Source: a virus
Lineage: Duplodnaviria; Heunggongvirae; Uroviricota; Caudoviricetes
Length of the DNA stretch: 64,000 bases
Direction: 5' to 3' (one strand)
Virus record (IMG/VR): IMGVR_UViG_3300028797_000099
Span: 1 to 64,000 of that record
This document shows, in pieces, positions 54,587-63,508 of the stretch. The notes under the pieces are model-generated. The model was not told the DNA's origin. It did not search any database and saw only the letters and a program-made list of their open reading frames with translations. The position numbers and the translations under genes are program-made. Every line of letters starts with the position of its first letter. The first letter of the stretch is position 1.

Positions 54587-55251
54587 GCCCAGCTGGGCAG
54601 TTTATCCGTCAATGTCTTGTCGAAGACGGTACGCTTTGCGTCATATATCCTGAATCCATTGTATCTAAACCACGGTTCCATGAAGTATTCGCAAATATAC
54701 CCATCAATTCGTGGGCTTTTAAACTTATGGATTTCATCAAAGTCTTTAAGAACCCCATTGAATATAAAATCAAAGAACATATTGGCAAGTCCCTTACGGC
54801 AAATAAACATGTTTCCAAGGTAAATATGGTCACCAATAAAGTTCGTTTTAAAATAGTTCGCCATATCTTTGCCGAAATTCACCTGGACGACGGCCAAGCC
54901 TAGTGCAAGTTCATTGCGCTTCCCGGTCATAGTCATGTGTTCCATGGCGTTCTGTTTCAATTCACTCCTGAACATGATGACATCATTCTTTTTAAGGATG
55001 CCACGTATTTCGAAATCAGAAAGCAGGGTTCCGTTATCGTTGGTGAAGTACCTTCTATAATGTTCAAGGCCTACGATATCGTCATTACAATGCTTCCATA
55101 GGTAATACATGCCCGTAAGCTCACTATACCAAGGGTTGAGCGAATCTATATTATCGCCATCATGGTCAACATCGACCAAGAACTTCTCCCTAATATCATC
55201 AAGAGGTCGAAACTTGGTTTTGCTGCTTCCTACAACATATATCTTAGTCAT
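54583..55251 (-). CDS. DUF4422-like putative glycosyltransferase
   Basis: NPWYSELTGMYYLWKHCND block resembles the DUF4422 signature (NxxYCELTxxYWxWKN) of polysaccharide-biosynthesis transferases. Confidence 0.45.
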   Translation of the reverse strand: MTKIYVVGSSKTKFRPLDDIREKFLVDVDHDGDNIDSLNPWYSELTGMYYLWKHCNDDIVGLEHYRRYFTNDNGTLLSDFEIRGILKKNDVIMFRSELKQNAMEHMTMTGKRNELALGLAVVQVNFGKDMANYFKTNFIGDHIYLGNMFICRKGLANMFFDFIFNGVLKDFDEIHKFKSPRIDGYICEYFMEPWFRYNGFRIYDAKRTVFDKTLTDKLPSWA

Positions 55252-56389
55252 GGGCCAACCCAGCCTTCTTTTCTTCCAGTTTCTTGACAAATCTCTGAAC
55301 ATCGGCGTCAAATGAATTTAATTCAGGTACATCACCGACATCCCCAAAGAACGCCTCATTGTTCTGTACCGTCCGAGAATCTGGATGTATAGCCTTCGCC
55401 ATCTCATGATACCGCTTTCCAGTCAGCTTGTCTCCAGTGTACCAGTAGCAGCAGCTGAGCCAAATCAGGCTCAAGAAATTGAATTCGGTATCCTCCTTGA
55501 AATACTCGCTAGTGTGGCCAAGACCGTTCACGATGGCAAGGAAATACATAGCCGCCTCCTTGTACTTCTTCGTGTTGTACAAGGCCAATGCGCAGTTGTA
55601 TAGAAGACGGTTGCTCATCCCGTACTTGACGATGGACCGGGCCAGGAAGGAAATCATGTCCTCAGTCATTCCGGCATTGCCGATGATTTCTGCGGACATC
55701 CGTGTAGCCTCGATACAGTCCTCAACCCAAGAATCATTCTGCTTGAAGAACTTGGAAAACCATTCGAGAGCCTCCTCGTTTTCTCCATTCCAATACAGCT
55801 CCTTAGCAAAGTAGAGCATATCCCTCGTGTTGAACTTTACATTCTCCTTCAACTTTTCTTTGAAGATTGCCAGGTTCCTTCCCGAATCACGAGCAATGCT
55901 GTTTGCGGGCTTGCTATGAGTAACAGTGAAGTCCAAAGTTATTCTGGGTGTAGTCGATGCCAGATACTCATGAACGAATCCTGCCCATCGGCATGAACCT
56001 CTCTTAATGATACGTGTTACCGTAGTCGTCAGGTCATTACCTACATAGTACTTCGCCATGAAGGCGTCGCACACAAATGAGGACAAGGTATGTTTATACT
56101 CATTGATAGCTCTCTGGTTAGCCTCGTCAATGACATCGTCACAATCCAGCCACATCACATAGTCCTGTGTAGCTTTGTCGAAACTAAAATTCCTTGCTGC
56201 GGAAAAATCATTTATCCACTTGAAGTCGAATACCTTGTCAGTATACTTGGATGCGATTTCCTTTGTGTTGTCGGTCGAACCCGTATCAACAACGACAATC
56301 TCGTCAGCGAACGACTTTACACATTCAAGACACCTTCCTATAACCTCGGATTCATTCTTAGCAATGATGCAAACGCTCAATGTACTCAT
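55244..56389 (-). CDS. family-2 glycosyltransferase (GT-A) with C-terminal TPR-like region
   Basis: N-terminus SVCIIAKNESEVIGRCLECV...DEIVVVDTGSTDNT...WLDCDD (DxD). Confidence 0.75.
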   Translation of the reverse strand: MSTLSVCIIAKNESEVIGRCLECVKSFADEIVVVDTGSTDNTKEIASKYTDKVFDFKWINDFSAARNFSFDKATQDYVMWLDCDDVIDEANQRAINEYKHTLSSFVCDAFMAKYYVGNDLTTTVTRIIKRGSCRWAGFVHEYLASTTPRITLDFTVTHSKPANSIARDSGRNLAIFKEKLKENVKFNTRDMLYFAKELYWNGENEEALEWFSKFFKQNDSWVEDCIEATRMSAEIIGNAGMTEDMISFLARSIVKYGMSNRLLYNCALALYNTKKYKEAAMYFLAIVNGLGHTSEYFKEDTEFNFLSLIWLSCCYWYTGDKLTGKRYHEMAKAIHPDSRTVQNNEAFFGDVGDVPELNSFDADVQRFVKKLEEKKAGLAHD

Positions 56390-56470
56390 GTTAATCTAAT
56401 TAGTTTCAATCTATCAGTAAAATACATTTTTTAACTTTTTACATTTTTTGTACTTTTTTTCAAAACCCTC

Positions 56471-56499
56471 TTGACAATCATGTTTTAATTATGTATATT
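56471..56499 (+). promoter_or_regulatory. plus-strand promoter TTGACA-17-TATATT
   Basis: Precedes the secreted protease homolog. Confidence 0.5.
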
Positions 56500-56527
56500 A
56501 GTATCGTAAACCAAAAGGAGTATAACC

Positions 56528-57190
56528 ATGAAAAAAACAATCATCCTCATCATCTGCATCTTGGCGACCGCCCTGTTCGCTAACCAAGAAAAGCATAACA
56601 TCACAAAACTATACGGAACAGGCATTGCATTCAACGAACACTACATCGTCACCACAGGCGATATTGCTCGCCATACAAAGAAACTGGATTCCATCGTCGT
56701 TATGGTAAACGACGAGCCAATTATCGCCAGAGTAGAACATTCGGCAGACACCCTGCTCGATAGTACAAAGAATGAATATGTCAATTTGGCTATTATCCAA
56801 GTTGACAACAAGGTATGGCTCAACTCGTGCAAAATCGAAGACCGAGCAATTCGAACAGGTGAGCCCGTCACCGTAACTGGATATCTCGAAACAAATCCAA
56901 AAGTTCAGCCAAATGCGTTCCCTGCGAAGGTTATTACCGACACGAATTTCCCGGAGTATGTCGCCCGTGCGATTGACACCCGATTGCCAGGTGGGTTCAG
57001 CGGTTCCGCAATATCTAGTCACGGAAAGGTAATCGGATTGGGTTTCCGAAACGGCACGAACAACCAAGGCAAGTCATTCTTCTATGACGGAATGCTATTA
57101 TCAAGATACATCTTGAACCAAAACAGGCCGTCAACGACCGATGTATCAAAATGCACATACCAAGTGCGAAGCTACGTTACCGTGAAGTAA
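56528..57190 (+). CDS. secreted trypsin-like serine protease homolog (paralog of 62768-63436; catalytic His possibly substituted)
   Basis: Signal peptide. GTGIAFNEHYIVTTGDIA aligns to GTGFFVNSKYIVTAYHVV of the paralog. GFSGSAI is a GDSGG-like Ser motif. Confidence 0.55.
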   Translation: MKKTIILIICILATALFANQEKHNITKLYGTGIAFNEHYIVTTGDIARHTKKLDSIVVMVNDEPIIARVEHSADTLLDSTKNEYVNLAIIQVDNKVWLNSCKIEDRAIRTGEPVTVTGYLETNPKVQPNAFPAKVITDTNFPEYVARAIDTRLPGGFSGSAISSHGKVIGLGFRNGTNNQGKSFFYDGMLLSRYILNQNRPSTTDVSKCTYQVRSYVTVK

Positions 57191-57198
57191 CTCAAAAA

Positions 57199-57227
57199 GC
57201 CCCTCGCATTGAGGGGCTTTTATATAT
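57199..57227 (+). terminator. rho-independent terminator
   Basis: GCCCCTC-GCATT-GAGGGGC, then TTTTAT. Confidence 0.65.
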
Positions 57228-57241
57228 GGATAATTTCTTGG

Positions 57242-57745
57242 TTAAGCCTGTTTCTTGCTTGCCAGGTACTGTTGATATGCTGCAGCGGTTTTCGGGCCCC
57301 ACTTGCCATCCACATCAAGATTTGCGCCAAGCTGCTTGTTCAGGAACGTCTGCCAACGCTGGATGCGCCCCCTCTGCTCTTCATTGTAAACAACATTGTG
57401 GTAATTACCACCAGCGACAGACTTTCCGGCATCGGTCATCGCTTTTAAATCGCCACGAGTCGCTTTGCCTGCACTGTTCTTTGTGTTCATCATCTTTTGA
57501 AGCATCTTATCATCCGTCTTCATGAGGTCCTTCATGCTCTGTTCTGCGAACATGTTGTTATCCTGGAAAGATGCGTTCTGCGTCCTATCTTGCGATGGAG
57601 CAGTTTGCTCAGGCTGTTCGTTACCGACAGGTTCTCCTTCGTCAGCTTCAAGGCAAGCCTTGAAACAATTCGTAACCGCTTCCAGCTGAGGTTTGCTCAA
57701 ATTCAGTTGGGACGCATAATAATTAAACATATCTACATTGGACAT
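57242..57745 (-). CDS. protein with C-terminal peptidoglycan-binding domain (PG_binding_1-like)
   Basis: C-terminus IQRWQTFLNKQLGANLDVDGKWGPKTAAAYQQY matches the PG_binding_1 consensus (DG.fGp.T..A...fQ). Confidence 0.55.
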   Translation of the reverse strand: MSNVDMFNYYASQLNLSKPQLEAVTNCFKACLEADEGEPVGNEQPEQTAPSQDRTQNASFQDNNMFAEQSMKDLMKTDDKMLQKMMNTKNSAGKATRGDLKAMTDAGKSVAGGNYHNVVYNEEQRGRIQRWQTFLNKQLGANLDVDGKWGPKTAAAYQQYLASKKQA

Positions 57746-57852
57746 TGTTGTATCCTTCAAGTGTAATTCTGCATATAGTTTATATCATCGAAACATTCAC
57801 CCAATATGCAAAAAAGGTTATAAACTATTGGTGAATATCACAATGGTATATT

Positions 57853-58686
57853 ATGGATTTCATTGAAGATTACAAAAATATGTTCGACCTGGTAGCAGAC
57901 CTCCCAGAAGACGACCCTTGCGGCAGTTATACGAGCCTCATGAGGCCCGTCGAACTGAAAGAGACAGCGGAAGCAAAGAAGTTTACTGGTGGGAAGGATG
58001 ACGACAATCCAGCCAGCGCATCGTTCGTTGAAACCGAAGAAAAGAAGGATTTCAAGGAAGTGAAACCCAGCAAGGACACCGCCCTTAAACCAAAGGTGTC
58101 TGGTGCAGCTGAGGTCATGAAGAAGAACGGCGTTGTCACCGAAGTCGATATGCCCGAGGCTACAAAAGAAACTGTCAAAGAAGAACTCACCAAAATCCGC
58201 AATGGCAATTCAGACGAAGCTTCGTGGGACAAGAAGGCAAATCAAGTCAAGAACATGTTCAACAACAATGTTGCAAAGATAGCAAAGCCTAGACAAACAA
58301 GAAACATCATCAACGCAGTCGCTGACCCCACTACCGACGACAAAAAGTTTCCGAAAATAAAGAACAACCCAGAATTCCTGAAAGTCAAGGACATACAGCC
58401 AGTAACCAAGGTGAAGGTTGAAAAGGTGAAGGCCGTGAACAACAATACGGTGGGCTATGACGAGCTTGATATCCCAGTCAACACTAAGTTCGTCTGCGAC
58501 GACTGGGACGAGAACGCCGACGAGGCACTCCAGAAGTTCAGGGACATGGTGGACAAGATGAAGGGCATGGGAAAGTACACGGACGAATACAAAAACCGTT
58601 GTGCATCGCTCCTCCGCAAGTACAAGGACCTCCCGAAGCCTCAGTTCGAATCCCTCTGCAAGATGATGGAAAACGTAAACCGATAA
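57853..58686 (+). CDS. hypothetical Lys-rich protein
   Basis: 277 aa. The start is uncertain; TATATT lies immediately before the ATG. A terminator follows. Confidence 0.45.
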   Translation: MDFIEDYKNMFDLVADLPEDDPCGSYTSLMRPVELKETAEAKKFTGGKDDDNPASASFVETEEKKDFKEVKPSKDTALKPKVSGAAEVMKKNGVVTEVDMPEATKETVKEELTKIRNGNSDEASWDKKANQVKNMFNNNVAKIAKPRQTRNIINAVADPTTDDKKFPKIKNNPEFLKVKDIQPVTKVKVEKVKAVNNNTVGYDELDIPVNTKFVCDDWDENADEALQKFRDMVDKMKGMGKYTDEYKNRCASLLRKYKDLPKPQFESLCKMMENVNR

Positions 58687-58710
58687 TCTAATTTACATTG
58701 GATAAAACAA

Positions 58711-58742
58711 AAGCAATCGGATTTCCGATTGCTTTTTCATTT
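58711..58742. terminator. bidirectional terminator
   Basis: AAGCAATCGG-ATTT-CCGATTGCTT, then TTTTCATTT. An A-run lies on the other side. Confidence 0.6.
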
Positions 58743-59157
58743 AGGTTTGACTTGAACTCGTGTCGGCACAGATGTTTTCGTTTGACAGCGCCGAACTCTT
58801 TCCGAGGACTGTACGTCCGGGTCCGCCCCAAGTTCCCACACGATATCCCATCTGGCTTTCCTTCGATGACGCAATCAAGTTCTTGACCGTGGGGTCACCC
58901 GAAGCGATTTTGCTTTCTGGGAACCACTCTGAGTCGAAGTTGCCGTATCCAACTTCCTTCTTGCCCATAAGGCTAGGAAGGCGGTTTATCTGGCCCGTAT
59001 GACGCCAGGGAATAGGAGACTCCGGGTTAGGCTTTGCGTTTACGTCGAAAGCAACCTGTTCAAAGCACGCCTTGTGTAGGCCAGCAATGCACTCGAACAC
59101 GGCTGAATCCAGTCCTAGCGACTGTATTGTGTTGACGAATAATGAATGCCTACTCAT
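58741..59157 (-). CDS. hypothetical protein
   Basis: Start trimmed to MSRHSL behind an AGGGGA RBS. Confidence 0.45.
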   Translation of the reverse strand: MSRHSLFVNTIQSLGLDSAVFECIAGLHKACFEQVAFDVNAKPNPESPIPWRHTGQINRLPSLMGKKEVGYGNFDSEWFPESKIASGDPTVKNLIASSKESQMGYRVGTWGGPGRTVLGKSSALSNENICADTSSSQT

Positions 59158-59167
59158 TTGGTTTCCC

Positions 59168-59920
59168 CTAGAAGCTGGAACCAGCATCAGAAGGGTTAAA
59201 CTGGAAGTTAACCGTGTCAAGACCTTCCGAATCAGATATGTTTCCACGGATATCGTGTATATGGCCGCACTTAGGGCCGTTGTTCCTTCCGCCGCCTATT
59301 GGGACATATCCGTTAGCAATAACGTCGAATTGACCGTCGCTGTACTGCACGATGGCCGCCTCGTGGTTTTCCGTAGGGACAGCAGCGACGATACGCTTCG
59401 GGTGAAGCGCTATCTCCGGCTTGTCTGGAGGAGGCGGGGGAAGAGGCCGAGGCGGTATAGGCGGCATCGGGCCAATCGGATTAGGCCAGATTGGCTTAGG
59501 ATGGCAACCGCAGTCATGATGGAACACGGGAGCAACCGGGCGCATCGGGCCCATACATCCGCAGACTGGCGCCTGCTGAGGCATGCACTGGTAACGGAAT
59601 GTCGGATGCGGATGCCAATGCTGGTGCCACGGGTGGCCCCAGTAGTTAGCCCAGAAATGCGGGTACGGTTCCTGAACATGCGGCAACCCGAAACTTCCAC
59701 ACGGAGGCGGTGCCGGGTACATTCTCGACGGGGTGTATTCCCAAGGGCCTGCCTGTCTCGGTGGAGGCGGAAAGCACGGTCCAAACCATGGAGGTGGCTG
59801 GAACGGCATGAAAAGTGGTGGAGGAGGCGGACAGCAATGATGGAACGCTGGGGTCTGCCTCATGTATGGCATCCTGTCATAAATATCGTTAGGTACGCCG
59901 TTGTTGCATCCGCAGCTCAT
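59168..59920 (-). CDS. Pro/Cys/His/Trp-rich low-complexity protein
   Basis: 250 aa with CCPPPPP, PPPPRQAGPW, HFWANYWGHPWHQHWHPHP and PPRPLPPPPP. The locally GC-rich coding sequence produces several antisense shadow ORFs. Confidence 0.5.
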   Translation of the reverse strand: MSCGCNNGVPNDIYDRMPYMRQTPAFHHCCPPPPPLFMPFQPPPWFGPCFPPPPRQAGPWEYTPSRMYPAPPPCGSFGLPHVQEPYPHFWANYWGHPWHQHWHPHPTFRYQCMPQQAPVCGCMGPMRPVAPVFHHDCGCHPKPIWPNPIGPMPPIPPRPLPPPPPDKPEIALHPKRIVAAVPTENHEAAIVQYSDGQFDVIANGYVPIGGGRNNGPKCGHIHDIRGNISDSEGLDTVNFQFNPSDAGSSF

Positions 59921-59937
59921 ATCACATTACCTCACGC

Positions 59938-60354
59938 TTAATTCTGTTTGGCTTCTTCTACCTTTTCTATTCGTTTTTCGATACTTGCCAAAGTAGATTT
60001 AATTCCAGATAGGGTCTCGTTAATCGAATTCAGTGCGACCGTAATCTGCTCAAGCTTAACATCGACCGTCTTCAAACGGTCCTTTACACCATCGACATCC
60101 TTCTGGATAAGCTCAATCTTGTGTTCGAGGAGAAGCATCTTCTCCCGATAAGCAGCTTCCTTCTTCTGGTATTCAAGTTCCATTTCGAGGAACTTCTTGT
60201 CCACATTACTAAATTGTTCGTTGCGTTTAACCCCTGTATCCTTCCTTTGCGTCTCTATCCTTTTTATCAGATAATACAATCCAAGAGCCACCAACGTGAA
60301 TATCAGCAACGCTGGACTATTCGTCTTCAAAGCCGCTATCCACATGTCTGCCAT
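59938..60354 (-). CDS. membrane-anchored coiled-coil protein (spanin/holin-associated-like, speculative)
   Basis: N-terminal TM ALLIFTLVALGLYYLI, followed by a long coiled coil. Confidence 0.35.
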   Translation of the reverse strand: MADMWIAALKTNSPALLIFTLVALGLYYLIKRIETQRKDTGVKRNEQFSNVDKKFLEMELEYQKKEAAYREKMLLLEHKIELIQKDVDGVKDRLKTVDVKLEQITVALNSINETLSGIKSTLASIEKRIEKVEEAKQN

Positions 60355-60412
60355 AAACCTATCCTCGGGCATGTAACCATACCCTTAGTTTATAGTTTCG
60401 GGCCCCTTCAAA

Positions 60413-60805
60413 CTAAAAGTTTTGAATAGCTTTTTCCCTCAAATCTCGTACAATTTCCTTATAAATTTGCAGCACGTCACGAACGAAATCGACGACGTTC
60501 ACGTCGTGCTTCGAGACGCTTCCACACAGGGATACACCGCCCATCTTGTTGAAGTTGAACAGGCAGTGGTAGTCGGTGCAAAGTTGTTCGTAATACTCGT
60601 AGAACTCGTCCTCCACGCTTATGCTTTCGCTCGAATCGAGCCATTCCTTATCTCTCTCATCATCCCAGCAAATGAATGGGTAGCAACGTATTGCGGGCTT
60701 TCCGCTTGAATCCAGTTTACCAAATGTGATATTGTCATAGATTATCATCCCATCCTTGGTTACTGTGAGGCCCATGGATGTCAGCCTTCTGATTAGCTCT
60801 TTCAT
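60413..60805 (-). CDS. hypothetical protein
   Basis: 130-aa ORF. Confidence 0.45.
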   Translation of the reverse strand: MKELIRRLTSMGLTVTKDGMIIYDNITFGKLDSSGKPAIRCYPFICWDDERDKEWLDSSESISVEDEFYEYYEQLCTDYHCLFNFNKMGGVSLCGSVSKHDVNVVDFVRDVLQIYKEIVRDLREKAIQNF

Positions 60806-61018
60806 GAGAAGAGTTCCTGTATGTCTAATAAGGGTTTATACTTATTCCAGGACGGCATACAAAACAAGGGCCGCCAGCCTTATGCTGACGACCCCAGGAA
60901 CCTTTTCTACACTTGCAGATAGGCAAAATAGATAAGTGCCAGCAACGGTCCCATGCCTATATGATGGCGACGCAATCGCTGACACTCATCTATTTGTTTA
61001 TACAATGAATTTTACAGG

Positions 61019-61456
61019 TTATTTTTTGCCCGTGCTTCCAAAGCCGCCACGGTTTTCACCCGTAAGTTCAGATTCAATGAAGTTGAGCTTCGGCTGGTTT
61101 TCAATCACACGGAACTGTGCAATGCGGCTACCCTTTTCGATTGTGGTATCTTCCGTTGCATAAACAGGAAGTTTCCACCAGTCATTCGGACCGCAGTAAG
61201 AACAGTCGACCACACCGACACTGTTGGTCTGGAGAACCTTGAAGTTCTTGTATGTGGAGCTACGAGGTGCGAGATGCGCTTCGTAACCCTGCGGCAACTG
61301 CATAGCAACGCCAAGATGGATAAGCTTAAATTCACCCTTCTTCAACGTAACAGTTTCGGCTGCTGCCAAGTCAATCCAGTCAGACTTGCCTGCAACATAG
61401 GTCAGGCGGGCGATGCTGTCGTCAAGGTACTTGATTTTGATATTCAATTCACTCAT
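61019..61456 (-). CDS. dut: dUTP diphosphatase (dUTPase)
   Basis: Start MSELNI behind an AAAGGA RBS. Motifs GVVDCSYCG (motif 3) and RGGFGSTG (motif 5). The longer track N-terminus is in frame but has no RBS. Confidence 0.8.
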   Translation of the reverse strand: MSELNIKIKYLDDSIARLTYVAGKSDWIDLAAAETVTLKKGEFKLIHLGVAMQLPQGYEAHLAPRSSTYKNFKVLQTNSVGVVDCSYCGPNDWWKLPVYATEDTTIEKGSRIAQFRVIENQPKLNFIESELTGENRGGFGSTGKK

Positions 61457-61475
61457 TTTTTGATTCCTTTTTTGA

Positions 61476-61862
61476 TTAAAACAGGTCAGACGAATCCGTT
61501 TCGTCAGACTCTTCCGTCGGTGCATACTTGCCCTCGATTGTAGCAGTAAAGTCAAACATCGAAGACACAGATACATCCACATTGGAATATTCCACATCGT
61601 AGTGAGAAAGCGTATCTTCAAGGTCAGATGCAATCCTCTCTTTCAAATACGAGTCAAGCGAAGTTTCTGTCTCGAACTTAGCCCCATCCGGGTTCGCCAC
61701 AGCCCAGTCCTTAGAATGGTATGCCACAGTGATGACGACAACATTGCCTGCATCCTGGTCCATTTCGCTTTCTACTTTCATGCAATCGCAGTCAATTTCA
61801 AGTTGGTCCTGAAACCATTCCTTGACATCAACGCTCAAATCTTCAAGCTCTTCATCGTTCAT
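61476..61862 (-). CDS. hypothetical very acidic protein (DNA-mimic candidate)
   Basis: 128 aa, about 26% D/E, few basic residues. Confidence 0.45.
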   Translation of the reverse strand: MNDEELEDLSVDVKEWFQDQLEIDCDCMKVESEMDQDAGNVVVITVAYHSKDWAVANPDGAKFETETSLDSYLKERIASDLEDTLSHYDVEYSNVDVSVSSMFDFTATIEGKYAPTEESDETDSSDLF

Positions 61863-61874
61863 ACGAACCTCCGA

Positions 61875-62768
61875 TTACAATATAGTATTTACACCCTTTT
61901 CTTTCAAGAGGGCAAAGAACTTTTCTGGCGTAATAATCTTAACGCCGAGCTGTTTTGCCTTCTTGGACTTCGTGGAGGTAGAGTTTTCGTCAGCCTGTAC
62001 GAGATAGTCCAGCTTTGCGCTTACGCTTCCCTTTACCTGTCCACCAAATGTCTTCACAGTGCGTTCAAGGTCGTCACGGTTGTATTCCATAGCTCCCGTG
62101 AAGCAGAACGACATTCCGCCGAGCGCATCCATTTCTACAGGTTTCTTGAAAGTGAATTTGCCCAATTCAAGAACCCCGACGATTTCATCGAGAGCAGCGA
62201 ACATCTGGGTAAACAGATTCATTTTGACATCATATGCGCTAAACCCATTGATTGCTAGCGTGGAGAGTCTTTCCGGGGTATACGAGCTGAATGTAGCCAT
62301 TGTCGAAAGCGGATTTTCATACCATCCGCCGAACAATTCAAGCGTTTCCAATCCAGACAGCTTTGCTTCGGAGAAACCATCAAAGTCAAACATAGACAGG
62401 AACTTGCTCATTGAAATCGGCTTGCTTAACGCAGCAAGCATATTGTTTCGCAACTTAGCCCCGTTTACCTGGCTCTTCATGGCAAGCGAAATGTCGTTTC
62501 CGCCAGACACAGCATCGGAAATCAGCTCAGGAATCTTTTTCATTCCCACTTCGTTGACAAGGGCGGTAACACAACTTTCGCCTGCACCGTCTATTTCCAA
62601 CACGTCGAAGAAGTTGGCAAACTTGTGGACAATCTTCTGCGGGCACGACGGGTTCACGCAGCAAACCATCCCGTTGTCCATTACATTCAACTCTCCGTGG
62701 CATACAGGACATTCCTTAGGGAACGCAATGTTAGATGCCACATATTCTTTGTACTTTTCTGGAACCAT
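61875..62768 (-). CDS. ligA: NAD+-dependent DNA ligase, C-terminal fragment (Zn finger, HhH, BRCT)
   Basis: CPVCHGEL...CVNPSCP zinc finger, helix-hairpin-helix region, and BRCT SFCFTGAMEYNRDDLERTVKTFGGQV...DYLV. The start overlaps the protease stop as TAATG. Confidence 0.7.
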   Translation of the reverse strand: MVPEKYKEYVASNIAFPKECPVCHGELNVMDNGMVCCVNPSCPQKIVHKFANFFDVLEIDGAGESCVTALVNEVGMKKIPELISDAVSGGNDISLAMKSQVNGAKLRNNMLAALSKPISMSKFLSMFDFDGFSEAKLSGLETLELFGGWYENPLSTMATFSSYTPERLSTLAINGFSAYDVKMNLFTQMFAALDEIVGVLELGKFTFKKPVEMDALGGMSFCFTGAMEYNRDDLERTVKTFGGQVKGSVSAKLDYLVQADENSTSTKSKKAKQLGVKIITPEKFFALLKEKGVNTIL

Positions 62769-63436
62769 TATAACTCCCATGCAAGTTTAGCTGACTTGAA
62801 CTCATCCAGCGAGTTCAAGATACTGATGACACATTTTTTAACATTTTTGGTGTTCGGATATTCCGTCACACCGTTTCTTTCAAGCATACGAATAACCTCC
62901 GTAGACTTAACCAAGTTGCTCGTATTGCGTTCTACCGTCGATACCGACCTGCTTACGCCACCAACCCTTCCATCCCTGGTAAAATTGGGCCCGCCGGACA
63001 TTCCAACCTGCAGTAGTCCATTCATGCGATAAAAACTAGGTTCGCCTTCATAGTTGTACAACAAGCGTATATCCATCGGTATAATAGTCGGATTATGCTC
63101 GATAAACGGCTGAGGATAACCATACGCAGTTAGCTTCTCCCCGATAGGCAGTTCCGTATGGGCTAAGCGGCATACCATAGGCAATGAGGTAGGAGTCTCT
63201 TTCAACTTTAACAAGGCAATATCAGACAGCGAGTCGTAATCCACTATACGGACCTGGTAGCAAGTATCATTCTTCATGTCATAATAGCATGCATGTCTAT
63301 AATTCGACACTACATGATATGCAGTCACAATGTACTTGCTGTTTACAAAGAACCCCGTTCCTCCATGCACATCCTCGACAACCTCAGCAAAGGAAGCGCA
63401 AGCGAACAACAAAATGATAGCGAGTAGTTTTTTCAT
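62768..63436 (-). CDS. secreted trypsin-like serine protease (S1 family)
   Basis: Signal peptide. His motif TAYHV, Asp DIALLKL, Ser GMSGGP. Confidence 0.7.
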   Translation of the reverse strand: MKKLLAIILLFACASFAEVVEDVHGGTGFFVNSKYIVTAYHVVSNYRHACYYDMKNDTCYQVRIVDYDSLSDIALLKLKETPTSLPMVCRLAHTELPIGEKLTAYGYPQPFIEHNPTIIPMDIRLLYNYEGEPSFYRMNGLLQVGMSGGPNFTRDGRVGGVSRSVSTVERNTSNLVKSTEVIRMLERNGVTEYPNTKNVKKCVISILNSLDEFKSAKLAWEL

Positions 63437-63462
63437 GATGTTACCTCTTTGTTTACACCTAA

Positions 63463-63491
63463 AATATACCTAATTAAATGTTTCCCGGCAA
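63463..63491 (-). promoter_or_regulatory. promoter TTGCCG-17-TATATT inside the split ligA locus
   Basis: Drives the protease gene and the ligA C-terminal fragment. Confidence 0.45.
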
Positions 63492-63508
63492 CACCTTTAA
63501 TGTAAAAT

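Noticed and set aside
59072-59941. 289-aa plus-strand Arg-rich ORF
   Set aside because: It is the antisense frame of the Pro-rich gene. Pro codon CCN reads as Arg or Gly in antisense.
62768-63508. Group I intron or intein interrupting ligA
   Set aside because: The insert carries an independent promoter, RBS and signal-peptide protease gene. The downstream fragment restarts with its own ATG overlapping that stop (TAATG). There is no intein Hint motif or in-frame fusion.
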